DNA from: a virus
Lineage: Duplodnaviria; Caudoviricetes
Strand: one strand, 5' to 3'
IMG/VR virus record: IMGVR_UViG_3300022220_000001
Coordinates: 1 to 60,954 of that record
DNA: 60,954 nucleotides
In this document: positions 1-10,008 of the stretch, one piece after another
Numbering within the stretch: position 1 is the stretch's first letter
How the letters are laid out: each line of letters opens with the position of its first letter
The notes under the pieces: generated by a model
Database searches by the model: none
What the model saw: the letters and a program-made list of their open reading frames with translations, nothing else
Told to the model about the DNA's origin: nothing
Position numbers and translations under genes: made by a program

Positions 1-127
1 ATAGAAATAGAAAGCGCAATAATAATAACAGTAAATAAATGGGCATAGGAGGAAAAATCTATGGCAACTGAAAATCCAAGAAAAAATAAAGTGTTTTTTT
101 CACACAGAGAGGCAACTGCTGGTACTC
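1..127. repeat. Terminal direct repeat, copy 1 (identical to 60828-60954); circular-assembly overlap
   Basis: The first 127 nt match the last 127 nt exactly, and the last ORF runs through the junction into the tail tube gene. 127 is a common assembler k-mer size. Confidence 0.95.
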
Positions 128-1161
128 CAGACACGAATTGCTTCTTTGAGGGAAGAGGTAAAATGAATTTACCAGAGCCAGAATATTTGTTCGAAACGGA
201 TAAAATGAAATTGGGATCTGGCGAACATGGTACAAAACAAGAATTACAGGCATTGTGGACACCGTTTACCTATACCTGTAAGCGGATGTCAGAAATAGCT
301 TACTTTCTCGCATACTTCCAGGGGAAAACATATGCAGTGTCTACGAGCGGAGATCTTGAACGTCATGAATTATGGCACCTTGGAACTGATGACACAACAT
401 TACCAACTTTTACAATGGAGTTTGGTACCGGAGGAACTGGAAACAATACTGTTATTTCAGGGTGTATGGTGAATGAATTTTCTATAACTCTCGCAAGTGG
501 TGGAAACGGGACACCAGAAGTAACATTTTCAGGTTTTGGGAATCGCCATCAATACACAGCAGGTGCTTTGGCTGCTAACACCGCCGGTAATATGGATAGT
601 GCAGATGAGGCTTTTGATTTCGACGGTGAACCATATGTAAATTATAAGGCATGCTCTATATGGATTGCCGACAGTGTTGACGCGAATCTCAAGGGGAGTT
701 CTGTAGATTTCTCGGGTGAGGATTTAGGTGCAAACCTGGTAAATCTTAGTACACTCATTAACACAATGACAATAACAGGCAGCAATGGGATATCAGCGGA
801 AGATCTACCAAGGGCCGGTTCCTACGGAATCATAAATACTTTCGAAAGAAGTGACAGAACTTACAATGTGGAAATTAATCTTCGTAAAGATAATTCAAGT
901 ATTAACACAGACACATTGATTCTTGCTGATACACAAAAGGCAATAGAGATACAATATGCTGGAAAATATATCTCTGGTACTGACCCATACGGTATAGATA
1001 TCTTTTTCCCTGTAGTACAGTTAAATAGCGGTGCTGAGGGAGATCAATCACCTATAGACAAGACAATACCTTTTGAAGTATTTGAAGACAGCACAAATAC
1101 AGCATGCGATATATTTGTTCAGTCGGAAGTGAGTACGGGTTATAATGCAATTTATGTTTAA
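61..1161 (+). CDS. Major tail (tube) protein
   Basis: 366 aa acidic, Ser/Thr/Gly-rich; strong AGGAGG RBS; lies between a tail-completion-like gene and the chaperone/tape-measure genes. Confidence 0.75.
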   Translation: MATENPRKNKVFFSHREATAGTPDTNCFFEGRGKMNLPEPEYLFETDKMKLGSGEHGTKQELQALWTPFTYTCKRMSEIAYFLAYFQGKTYAVSTSGDLERHELWHLGTDDTTLPTFTMEFGTGGTGNNTVISGCMVNEFSITLASGGNGTPEVTFSGFGNRHQYTAGALAANTAGNMDSADEAFDFDGEPYVNYKACSIWIADSVDANLKGSSVDFSGEDLGANLVNLSTLINTMTITGSNGISAEDLPRAGSYGIINTFERSDRTYNVEINLRKDNSSINTDTLILADTQKAIEIQYAGKYISGTDPYGIDIFFPVVQLNSGAEGDQSPIDKTIPFEVFEDSTNTACDIFVQSEVSTGYNAIYV

Positions 1162-1576
1162 TCTTTTTAAAAAGAAGCAGCCTTTAGTGTGTGGTGGGAA
1201 CGGATGCATAGAGGTCTATAGAGAGGGTAAAACAATAGGATCTGTCTATTATCGTAGGCCAACATATGAGGAGATCCTTGCATATCAATATGAGTACGCG
1301 GAGGGCATAGGAAGTGAATTACAGCTAAAGGAAATAAAGCGTGATAAAAAAAAGATAAAAAAAATACAAGAAATTGTAGTGCGTGACCTTTTCCTTCCTA
1401 ATGCTGAAAAAATTTTTGTATCATCTAAAGGCTTTTACGATGATAATGATAACCCTATTGATTCGTTGGAAACAGAAAAGCAATTTAACTATATCAAAAA
1501 ATACCATGGGTATATACTTGTTGATATGGTTGCAATAGCCTACAAAATAGATACGATATGTAAAAAAAAACATTAA
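1154..1576 (+). CDS. Tail assembly chaperone (lambda gpG-like)
   Basis: Between tail tube and tape measure; ends in a slippery A9 run (1562-1570). Start could be 1145 or 1154. Confidence 0.75.
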   Translation: MFNLFKKKQPLVCGGNGCIEVYREGKTIGSVYYRRPTYEEILAYQYEYAEGIGSELQLKEIKRDKKKIKKIQEIVVRDLFLPNAEKIFVSSKGFYDDNDNPIDSLETEKQFNYIKKYHGYILVDMVAIAYKIDTICKKKH

Positions 1577-1878
1577 GTTTTGATGAATTTCTTGTGATTT
1601 TGAAAGACGTTTATGGTTATAAAAAGGACGAAAATGGTAAAAAGGTAATAAAAGGATTTCCTGATGGATGTGACGTGTGCGACTCTGACGATGAATGGCA
1701 ATGTAAAGAAGGGTGTTTGTGGTATGATAACTATTGGAAATATGATGAAGTTAGAAAATTTGTGCATTTATATCAAATACACAAAGCTGGTTGTGATATA
1801 ATGAGACTTGGGAAATTATCTTGGAATGATTGGAAAAAACTATCTATTGCAGGGAAAATTATTGAAAGCCGGGAATAA
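1564..1878 (+). CDS. Tail assembly chaperone -1 frameshift extension (gpT-like)
   Basis: The -1 frame is open from 1564 (after TAA at 1561-1563) to 1878 and overlaps the A_AAA_AAA heptamer; no strong RBS before GTG 1594. Confidence 0.7.
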   Translation, partial: KKTLSFDEFLVILKDVYGYKKDENGKKVIKGFPDGCDVCDSDDEWQCKEGCLWYDNYWKYDEVRKFVHLYQIHKAGCDIMRLGKLSWNDWKKLSIAGKIIESRE

Positions 1879-3872
1879 TGTTTGGAATTGGTAAAAAAAA
1901 TACTGCTGTATCGACCGTTAAAATAAACTATGACGGCAAAGAAGCGTCAAGGGGTATAAAAAACCTTGACAAATCGTTTAAACTCCTTGCTGGTTCAATT
2001 GGTGGCCTATTCGCGCTTGCAAAGGTTAATTCGTTCCTTGTTGAATCATCAACACTAGCAAAAAGGCAAATACAAGCTGAGAAAGGGCTATCACAGGCGC
2101 TAGGCAAAACAAGTCATGAATTGCTTAACCACGCAAGTGCGCTACAGAAAAATACGACTTTTGGGGATGAGGCTATAATAGAAGCGCAAACACTAGTTGC
2201 AGCTTTTATTAAAGAAGAAGCACAGATAAAAAAACTTACACCAGCAATATTAGATCTTGCCGCTGCAAAAGGTATGGATCTGAGATCAGCAGCCGATCTT
2301 GTAACAAAGTCTGTAGCGTCTAGCACAAATGCTTTAAGTCGATACGGTATCCAGATAGACGGCGCTGCTGGGAGTACCGAAAGAATTGATAATGCAGTTG
2401 GTGAGATAACAAAGGCTTTCGGTGGTATGTCTGAAGCTCTTGCGCAAACAGACGTGGGAAAGCTTGAACAGATGGCTAATGAACTAGGCGATATTCAAGA
2501 ACAAATAGGGAAAGAAATAATACCACTACAGGTTGAGTGGAACAAACTACTACTTTCTGGGACAAAAATAGCTACTAATTTTTTCATTGAAACGATAGCC
2601 GGTTGGAAAGCAATATTAAAATTAAACAAAGATAATACTGAAGAATCGGATGAGTCTTACGAGAAAATAAAAAAATACACACAAGAAATAAAATTATGGG
2701 AAGAAGCTGTAAGAAATGCAAGTGGTGAGTTTGTAAAAAGTCCTTTTCGTGGACGGAATATAAGATTAACAACAGCAGAGAAGCATATAGAAAACCTGAA
2801 AAATAAAATAATAGAAACAAACAAAGAGTACCAAAAGATAGTTAGTGATCCAGTTCAAACCGCTGTAACCACTGATGTTATGGAGCCAAAACGTCCACAA
2901 AAAACAAAAAAACAAAAAATTACAGTAGAAACGCTAGCAGTTTACGAAGGATTCGCAGAAGGCCTAGAGCAACGTGAGAGGATGTTAGAAGAGGCAGAAA
3001 AGCGAGAGCTACAACTAGAGGAAGAATATATAGAACAAAGAAAACAGGCCTGGAACCGGTTGAATGAAATAGGCAAGAGTGGCACTGAACTAAGGTTGCA
3101 AGAAGAATTCGCTATTATAGAACAATGGCGGCAACAAGAAGTAATAACAGCAGAAGAACATGAAAGGCTTAAGACGGATATAGAAAAACGGCAATCTGAT
3201 GAGCGAATAAGAAATAAGCAAAAAGAAGAGGCAGAAAAGCGAGCGATTGCACAACAGGGGCTTTCTTCAATGAGTACTATTAACAATGCGATTATAGGTA
3301 TAATAAATATTCGTACTAACAAAGAAATAGAGTCACTTGAAAAACTTGGTTTGTCAGAAGAAGATTTCGCAAGACAAAAAGAAGCAATACTGCAAGAATC
3401 AGAAGATAAACGAAGAGCGTTCGCAAGAGCACAACAAGTAATTGCTATTGCTGAGGCAGGTGTGAATATAGGGAAAGCGGCGGCCGGTGCGTTTGCCGAT
3501 ACTCCAGGGCCAATATGGACGAGGAGCCTTGCTATGGCGGCGGCTTTTGCACAGGGAGCTCTAACTGTAGCGCAAATTGAAGCACAGAATTTTCAAACGG
3601 GTATGATCGGTATTGATGGTATTAAGCGATCAAGGCAAAAAGATACTATCCCTATCAACATCGGTGGTGGTGAATCAGTAATATCCGCACCACAGACAGC
3701 AATGCACGAGGACACATTGAGGGCAATACAGAATAACACCGCGAATACGGCAAGAGGCCTTAACCGTACCAATAGTAGCATCATAAATAATTTTTACGGT
3801 GTATCATCTGAACAGATGTTGGAGGCACAGATCAATACAGGTAGAAGAAAAACGATAGGAAGGAAGTTATAG
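1878..3872 (+). CDS. Tape measure protein
   Basis: 664 aa Ala/Gln/Glu-rich helical protein with tape-measure-like N-terminal segment (ASALQKNTTFGDEAI...LSRYGI); follows the chaperone pair. Confidence 0.85.
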   Translation: MFGIGKKNTAVSTVKINYDGKEASRGIKNLDKSFKLLAGSIGGLFALAKVNSFLVESSTLAKRQIQAEKGLSQALGKTSHELLNHASALQKNTTFGDEAIIEAQTLVAAFIKEEAQIKKLTPAILDLAAAKGMDLRSAADLVTKSVASSTNALSRYGIQIDGAAGSTERIDNAVGEITKAFGGMSEALAQTDVGKLEQMANELGDIQEQIGKEIIPLQVEWNKLLLSGTKIATNFFIETIAGWKAILKLNKDNTEESDESYEKIKKYTQEIKLWEEAVRNASGEFVKSPFRGRNIRLTTAEKHIENLKNKIIETNKEYQKIVSDPVQTAVTTDVMEPKRPQKTKKQKITVETLAVYEGFAEGLEQRERMLEEAEKRELQLEEEYIEQRKQAWNRLNEIGKSGTELRLQEEFAIIEQWRQQEVITAEEHERLKTDIEKRQSDERIRNKQKEEAEKRAIAQQGLSSMSTINNAIIGIINIRTNKEIESLEKLGLSEEDFARQKEAILQESEDKRRAFARAQQVIAIAEAGVNIGKAAAGAFADTPGPIWTRSLAMAAAFAQGALTVAQIEAQNFQTGMIGIDGIKRSRQKDTIPINIGGGESVISAPQTAMHEDTLRAIQNNTANTARGLNRTNSSIINNFYGVSSEQMLEAQINTGRRKTIGRKL

Positions 3873-3873
3873 A

Positions 3874-4455
3874 ATGGCATGGATGATAAGACCAGTACTT
3901 CCAACGGGGACTACATTCGATGGACAACTACTCTATAACATAACGGAATATGAAATAGAAAGCGTTTTTAAGAAATATATTGAGTCAGTTGAGTTTGAAG
4001 TAATGCCACAATTCGAAACAAAAATAACTGGTTTTACGAAAAAAAAATATAGAAAAACAAACTCAAGCACTATAAGAATATCAATAATGTTAGTTGGAAA
4101 CCTGCCTTTCTGGATCCACCAACTAATATTAGGACTTGCGATTGGTTGTAATGGGGCCGGTATTACAATAGATTTTCGCGACACATTCTGTTCCGCAACG
4201 GTAGATACTCCTGTAACATACAATTGCAGATGGTTGAATGCAGGTGATTTCGTGGAAAATAGTGAACTAATTAATGGTGGCAGCATTGACCTTGTAGCTT
4301 ATACCCTCCCAGAGGATGAAGGGCGGTGGTATGGTGGTGAACCAGACGGTGGTTATTACGAAAAAGTTATATCAGCTCCAGCAAGTGGATTAGAATGGAC
4401 GCTACAAATTGCAGATGGTGATGCAGATTATTTCTATACAAGGGTGACAGGATAA
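3874..4455 (+). CDS. Tail tip / distal-tail-like protein
   Basis: Immediately after tape measure, translationally coupled; assignment by synteny. Confidence 0.5.
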   Translation: MAWMIRPVLPTGTTFDGQLLYNITEYEIESVFKKYIESVEFEVMPQFETKITGFTKKKYRKTNSSTIRISIMLVGNLPFWIHQLILGLAIGCNGAGITIDFRDTFCSATVDTPVTYNCRWLNAGDFVENSELINGGSIDLVAYTLPEDEGRWYGGEPDGGYYEKVISAPASGLEWTLQIADGDADYFYTRVTG

Positions 4456-5591
4456 TGGCAGCTAACCCATATTTTAGATACGAAACCAGTTCGTTAAATT
4501 TAAAAACAGGCATGAGAGCACCAAATTTTCCTGTACAATCTGGCTTATCACTACACACTTACGCCACTGAAAAGTATTCTCATACAACAACAACTCGGGA
4601 TTATGGCACCACAAGTTTTACATATGTGATAAAAGGCGTAAAACGAGACGATTTAGAAATAATAAAATCCTTTTGGGAAACAACTCTTGATGAAGGATAC
4701 TACGACTTTACGGTGATAGACAATAAGAATCGAATGTTATTTGAAGCGTCTTGGAATAATTGGCGAAAAGTATGGTACAAAAGGCGAGGCGGTGTATATG
4801 ATGTTTACGTGGATATTGAGTCAACGGTACCGTGGACACTCCCCGTAATAGCGGCCTATCCAATGGTTGCAAATAATCTTAATGACCACACACTACAAGG
4901 AAACGACTTAACATTAACAGATGCCGTACTAGCTAGCGATACCGACCCTAACGTAATAAGGAGTAATGGGTATTGTTTGCGTATGGATGGCGATAGTTTA
5001 GTGTCACAGCTTACCGGGGCAACAGGGACAACGAGTTTTAGTAGTAAATCCGGCGGATCATTGTCTATATTCTGCCAGTTCAGAAGAGCTAACACCATAT
5101 CGCACAGACTAAGGTTAGCCCAAATCACAAACGAGGCTGAAACAATAGATTTTACTGTTTGGCAATCATCTTCACAATTCGGAGGACAGATTAACAACGA
5201 ACCCGTAGGTGTTGCTCAAGATGTATATCACACAATAGTTTCAGATACTTGGTACGATTGTGCAATAACATATGATTCACACAATAGCACACCATATGTG
5301 TATATTACACCATCACAAATAACAACATTCACAAATTTCCTCTATGGTTCAACAGACATAACGGATCATATAGGATCATATATGGAAGTACCAGGCGCAC
5401 CAAACACAGGAGGATACACCAAAATTAACTTGTTGAAAGAAGATGCAGATGGTGGACTTGTAGAAGACGGAGCTTATGGATATGTCCAAAACGTTTTCTT
5501 TTTTGACGGTCACATGACACCAATGATGTTTAATATGATGCGAAGATTATGCTTTTTGTGGGATAATGCAACAACATCGGAGCCAAAATAA
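4455..5591 (+). CDS. Minor tail protein with C-terminal LamG/concanavalin-like domain
   Basis: N-terminal distal-tail-like segment; C-terminal LSIFCQF...DTWYDCAITYD...YVYI...VQNVFFFD pattern typical of LamG folds. Confidence 0.55.
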   Translation: MAANPYFRYETSSLNLKTGMRAPNFPVQSGLSLHTYATEKYSHTTTTRDYGTTSFTYVIKGVKRDDLEIIKSFWETTLDEGYYDFTVIDNKNRMLFEASWNNWRKVWYKRRGGVYDVYVDIESTVPWTLPVIAAYPMVANNLNDHTLQGNDLTLTDAVLASDTDPNVIRSNGYCLRMDGDSLVSQLTGATGTTSFSSKSGGSLSIFCQFRRANTISHRLRLAQITNEAETIDFTVWQSSSQFGGQINNEPVGVAQDVYHTIVSDTWYDCAITYDSHNSTPYVYITPSQITTFTNFLYGSTDITDHIGSYMEVPGAPNTGGYTKINLLKEDADGGLVEDGAYGYVQNVFFFDGHMTPMMFNMMRRLCFLWDNATTSEPK

Positions 5592-8500
5592 TGAGTACAA
5601 GAGCGAACAAAGCGTATGTCGCAAAGATAGAACTGAAAAACAACACATACTATGTAACTGATAGGCCAGATATAACTCTTGATAGCCAAACATATAGTAA
5701 TCTTGTGAGATACTGGGGTGACGTGAGTTTTAATAGCGACACGGAAAATGGTATATTCCAAATAGGATCATTTGATATAGAGCTTATCAACGGTGAGGAG
5801 ATGTTGCAAGACGGGTATGTGTTCAGCCCAACCGATGTGTGGAATAATTATAAATGCACTGTTAAGTTATATACAGACGGCGATGTTGAGTTTGATAGTT
5901 GTGAGCCAATAATATCAGGAAAAATAAAAAACTATAACATTAATAATGATATTATAAGTTTTTCGATAGAGCAAATTGATGATAGAGACGACATCCTACT
6001 TCCTGCTATAGTTTGTACTGATCAATCAGACTTGTCTGACGCTGAAGCTATTGCGGTGCCAGTGTCAACCCCAGATTATGATACTATAACATTTGCTACT
6101 GGCGATGCATCAATATTTGATACCGGGGAGCTTGTAGTTTTGACGTTTGAGACCTATTACCCTGAAGTTGCGGGAAAGCCTTACCAGATTGCGAGGATAA
6201 AGAGTATTGATGCTACTAACACAACTATAATATTATGGGAAACATATGAATACATATTCCGTGTAGTATCTGTAGAAAAGGCATTTCGTTATATACCGGA
6301 AAAAGCGATAAATAAAACAATTCCGATACAAATAGGCAGCCTCACCGATAGGGAAAATGGTGAATTTGGGAAAACGGTTACAATTAGTGAAAAGGCTGGA
6401 AGAAAAATAATAGCAGCCGATTATATTGAATTAAATTATTTGATAGAAATTGGAGTTTGGGAAAATTTATTAAAACGTTTTTTCGCGGCAAGGGGTGGAT
6501 CCGCAAGTAATATTATATATGAATACGGCGTAAACACAAGGAATAATTTTGTGCATTTCGTGTCAACAGCAGGTACAACATTATCAACAACAACTAGTGC
6601 TATAAGCGGAGTCCAGGAAATATTTATGGCAAATCCAGAAAATATCCCTTGGGTTGACGAGGATGATGTAACTGACACTGAAAATACAGACCTAATAACT
6701 AATAATGTGATTGTTATAGATAGGGAATTGTTCTTAATCTTAAAAAAACCATCTGCTGGAAACGGTGTTCTTGTTGAAAGAGGCTATGATGATACAGAGG
6801 TCGTTGAACATTCAGCGGGTAGCACCGTGTACTTGGTAGAAAAATTTGCAGCAAAGAATCTATTATCCTTTAGAGAATTTTTTTACCCAAAGTCAGTGTC
6901 TACAATGTATCAATATGGCATGTCCTTAGAAAAATATTTATCACCGACAAACTATGGAATGACAGGGAACATAGAAAATATTATAAAAAACGATCTTACA
7001 AGTGTAATTTTATATATGGATCATTACCATGACCTTAGAGCCACAGGCCCACAAGGGATGTATTTTATATTCGATTTGCAATTTAACAAGATAGTTCTAG
7101 ACGCAACTGTCTCAGCGTGCTATGTAGGGTTAGATGCAGACTTTACGTATGCTAGGGCAACCTCATCTGCACAAGTATTTGATAGTTTTATAATAAGCGT
7201 TGCAGATGTGAACGAATATATTAGTTATACTGATGTGATTACTTACGAAACACATACAACTGGGCATGCTATCTTACAACTAATCAGACACACTGGTGAT
7301 TCTGGGAGCAGCACCATAAACGGGGTTTCATCAGCAAAAGAAGATCCTGAAACGTTAGCGTCTTATGATCCAACCTATGACGATATATATGATGCAAACA
7401 TAACCAAAACAAATTGTGATTGGCCTCCAGATATGGACGGTTTTGGGCTATCGAGGCTAAAAGACATTAATAAAAGATGGCGTTTTTATTTTATGGAGGT
7501 AACAGACCTACTAGCGACGGCGCCAGGGAACGGTTGTGTGGCAACAATAAGAAAGATAGGGCTTTGGGTTGACTTTCTTGTGGATTTTACAAAAGAGAAT
7601 GTTATCGCCCCATTACAAGGCAGAAAGATAACGGAGGATGTTGCAAGTATCACAGGAGACACTGAAGGAGATATATGTATTTACCCACAAAGTGTGTGTG
7701 CGCAAATACTGACACAAGAGCTAGGGTATGAAGTGGATGACTTTGGTGATGGATGGTCTCTCTTACAAATCGGTGGATGGACAACCAGAACTACACCAAA
7801 TAGTAATGCTTATTATGAGGTGACATTTGGGAACAATCTTTTCGTAGCAGTTGGTACTGGTGCAAGTAGTACAGTTATGACTTCATCAGATGGTATAACA
7901 TGGACAGCAAGAACATCAAGTTTTTCTTGTAGTAGTGTGACATATGGGGGTGGTCTTTTCGTATTGGTTACTACTGGTGGGGGGGTAGCTACTTCGCCAG
8001 ATGGTATAACATGGACATCCAGAACTACACCGACTAGTAATAGTTTAAATAGTGTGACATATGGGAATAATCTTTACGTAGCAGTTGGAGCAACCTCTAG
8101 TTTAGATGGTGTTATAACTTCGCCAGATGGCATAACGTGGACATCTAGAACCACACCAAATAATAATAGTCTGAATGGTGTGACATATGGGAATAATCTT
8201 TTTGTAGCAGTTAGTGGCTCCTCTAGTTTAAGTGGTGTTATAACTTCGCCAGATGGCATAACGTGGACATCTAGAACCACACCAAATAATAACACTTATA
8301 CCAGTGTTGTATACGGAAATAATCTTTTCGTAGCAGTTAGTGCGAGTGGTAGCCTAGATAGGGCTATGACTTCGCCAGATGGTATAACGTGGACAGCCAG
8401 AACTACGCCGACTAATAATGCTTATACTCACGTCACGTATGGAAACAGTCTCTATGTATCGGTCAGCTCAACTGGTAGTTCAGACAAGGTTATGACTTCA

Positions 8501-9343
8501 ACAGATGGTATAACGTGGGAGACTATGGTTACTCCCAATAATAATTATACCAGTGTTACATATGGGAATGGTACTTTCGTAGCAGTAAGTTTTACTGGTG
8601 GTTTAGATAGAGCTATGACGCTATCAACAATGAGTCAAAATGCTTGTGCATTCTCCTATGGCATAGAAGACGAAAGAAAAAAAGGTTTTGAGTTTGTCTC
8701 AGAAATAGCAAATCACTATAACTATTTACTATTCAAGACTTACAACAATAAATTATCTATAGTTAACCTATACAATATATACGATGACACAGATACCGGG
8801 AATAAAATAGAAATAGAAGAAATATTATTCCTGAAAGAATCCGGACAAAGAAGAATATCTATATATCAAACCGGCAATGATTTAATATATAATGATGTCA
8901 TTATTAAATACAACCGGAATAATAGCACAGATGAATATCAATCTGTATATACCCTACCCGACTCTTTCACCTTGGCTAAGTCAGGTATAACACTAAAGCA
9001 AGCAAGAAGTGATTATTATGGTGGCAAAAAACGAACGTTGACCATAGAAAGCCCGTATATATATGATGAAGAACGAGCGCAAGAACTAGCGGAAACAAAA
9101 GCTAACGAATTCGCTGAGGTACATTTTTATATTGAACTATATATCGATTACGATCACTACACAGATATAAATAGTCTAACAGATCAGTACCAAATAGGAG
9201 ATATAGTATATCTTAACGGTGATTCTAATGGAATTACATTTGATTCTGACAGATTATTCTACATAAAAGACACTGTTATTACAGATAATGGCAGAGAAAT
9301 ATGTCTCCACATCAAATCAGTAGACCCGGTATCTGAATTCTAA
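5591..9343 (+). CDS. Tail tip / host-specificity protein with internal 7-repeat beta-propeller insert
   Basis: 1250 aa, last tail gene; hub-like N- and C-terminal parts (YNDVIIKY, IGDIVYL); seven ~42-aa VTYGNNLFVAV...TSPDGITW repeats. Confidence 0.75.
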   Translation: MSTRANKAYVAKIELKNNTYYVTDRPDITLDSQTYSNLVRYWGDVSFNSDTENGIFQIGSFDIELINGEEMLQDGYVFSPTDVWNNYKCTVKLYTDGDVEFDSCEPIISGKIKNYNINNDIISFSIEQIDDRDDILLPAIVCTDQSDLSDAEAIAVPVSTPDYDTITFATGDASIFDTGELVVLTFETYYPEVAGKPYQIARIKSIDATNTTIILWETYEYIFRVVSVEKAFRYIPEKAINKTIPIQIGSLTDRENGEFGKTVTISEKAGRKIIAADYIELNYLIEIGVWENLLKRFFAARGGSASNIIYEYGVNTRNNFVHFVSTAGTTLSTTTSAISGVQEIFMANPENIPWVDEDDVTDTENTDLITNNVIVIDRELFLILKKPSAGNGVLVERGYDDTEVVEHSAGSTVYLVEKFAAKNLLSFREFFYPKSVSTMYQYGMSLEKYLSPTNYGMTGNIENIIKNDLTSVILYMDHYHDLRATGPQGMYFIFDLQFNKIVLDATVSACYVGLDADFTYARATSSAQVFDSFIISVADVNEYISYTDVITYETHTTGHAILQLIRHTGDSGSSTINGVSSAKEDPETLASYDPTYDDIYDANITKTNCDWPPDMDGFGLSRLKDINKRWRFYFMEVTDLLATAPGNGCVATIRKIGLWVDFLVDFTKENVIAPLQGRKITEDVASITGDTEGDICIYPQSVCAQILTQELGYEVDDFGDGWSLLQIGGWTTRTTPNSNAYYEVTFGNNLFVAVGTGASSTVMTSSDGITWTARTSSFSCSSVTYGGGLFVLVTTGGGVATSPDGITWTSRTTPTSNSLNSVTYGNNLYVAVGATSSLDGVITSPDGITWTSRTTPNNNSLNGVTYGNNLFVAVSGSSSLSGVITSPDGITWTSRTTPNNNTYTSVVYGNNLFVAVSASGSLDRAMTSPDGITWTARTTPTNNAYTHVTYGNSLYVSVSSTGSSDKVMTSTDGITWETMVTPNNNYTSVTYGNGTFVAVSFTGGLDRAMTLSTMSQNACAFSYGIEDERKKGFEFVSEIANHYNYLLFKTYNNKLSIVNLYNIYDDTDTGNKIEIEEILFLKESGQRRISIYQTGNDLIYNDVIIKYNRNNSTDEYQSVYTLPDSFTLAKSGITLKQARSDYYGGKKRTLTIESPYIYDEERAQELAETKANEFAEVHFYIELYIDYDHYTDINSLTDQYQIGDIVYLNGDSNGITFDSDRLFYIKDTVITDNGREICLHIKSVDPVSEF
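7778..8620 (+). repeat. Seven intragenic ~126-bp repeats (Asp-box/BNR-like propeller blades)
   Basis: Near-identical DNA at 8108-8166 and 8234-8292 (period 126); TSxDGITW motif six times. Confidence 0.9.
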
Positions 9344-9396
9344 CCATACCAAAAATTCAAAAAATCTACAAAAAATTAAAATAAGTAAAATAACTG

Positions 9397-9425
9397 TTGA
9401 CAACACCTTTTTTTTAGGCTATATT
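9397..9425 (+). promoter_or_regulatory. sigma70 promoter for the early/recombination operon
   Basis: TTGACA-17 nt-TATATT in the intergenic gap after the tail module. Confidence 0.85.
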
Positions 9426-9483
9426 TAATACAAAGAGATAACACTTTGTTTTGTTAAATAACTTCAAAAAGAAAGGGTAAATA

Positions 9484-9714
9484 GTGGCACAAGTACAAAT
9501 CGGAAATAACAGCGCTAGGTTAGACGGAGAACACAATCAACTGTTAAACGATGTGAAAATTATTCTAAAGGACGCAACGGGGAAGCCGCCTGGAACAAAG
9601 GAGACAGTGATAAAATGCCTTCAGTATGTGAAGGACCATTTTTACCAATGTAACGGTGCTGATGTTAAACCATCGCTTGAAAAACCCCCAGATAACAGTT
9701 ATACGCCATTTTAA
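9484..9714 (+). CDS. Small hypothetical protein, possible DNA-binding regulator
   Basis: First ORF after the promoter; AAAGGG RBS and GTG start; no family recognised. Confidence 0.5.
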   Translation: MAQVQIGNNSARLDGEHNQLLNDVKIILKDATGKPPGTKETVIKCLQYVKDHFYQCNGADVKPSLEKPPDNSYTPF

Positions 9715-9728
9715 ATATTGGAGGCAAT

Positions 9729-9944
9729 ATGTCTTACATGCTAAAAGAATACAATACAGCCCAAATAAAGGCAATGAAAAGGTACATTAAAAGAAAAGGT
9801 GGAAACCCAAATGATGAAAAAAATACAAAGACTTTTCGGCTTGAGATGGAATGGACAGAAAAAGGCTACTCAAAAAAATTCCGTGAAAACTGGAACAAAA
9901 GAAAAATACTTCAAACTTCTTGTTCCAGGCAAGGGGTTTGTTGA
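9729..9944 (+). CDS. Hypothetical protein
   Basis: GGAGG RBS; 71 aa, basic. Confidence 0.6.
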   Translation: MSYMLKEYNTAQIKAMKRYIKRKGGNPNDEKNTKTFRLEMEWTEKGYSKKFRENWNKRKILQTSCSRQGVC

Positions 9945-10008
9945 AAATAACAAAATCAAAACACCTTTTAACATGGGAAGTGTTTTAACAACCTTATAAG
10001 GAGGTGTA

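Noticed and set aside
7778-8620. Diversity-generating retroelement or CRISPR array
   Set aside because: The repeats are in-frame coding units with no unique spacers, and no reverse transcriptase or cas operon is present.
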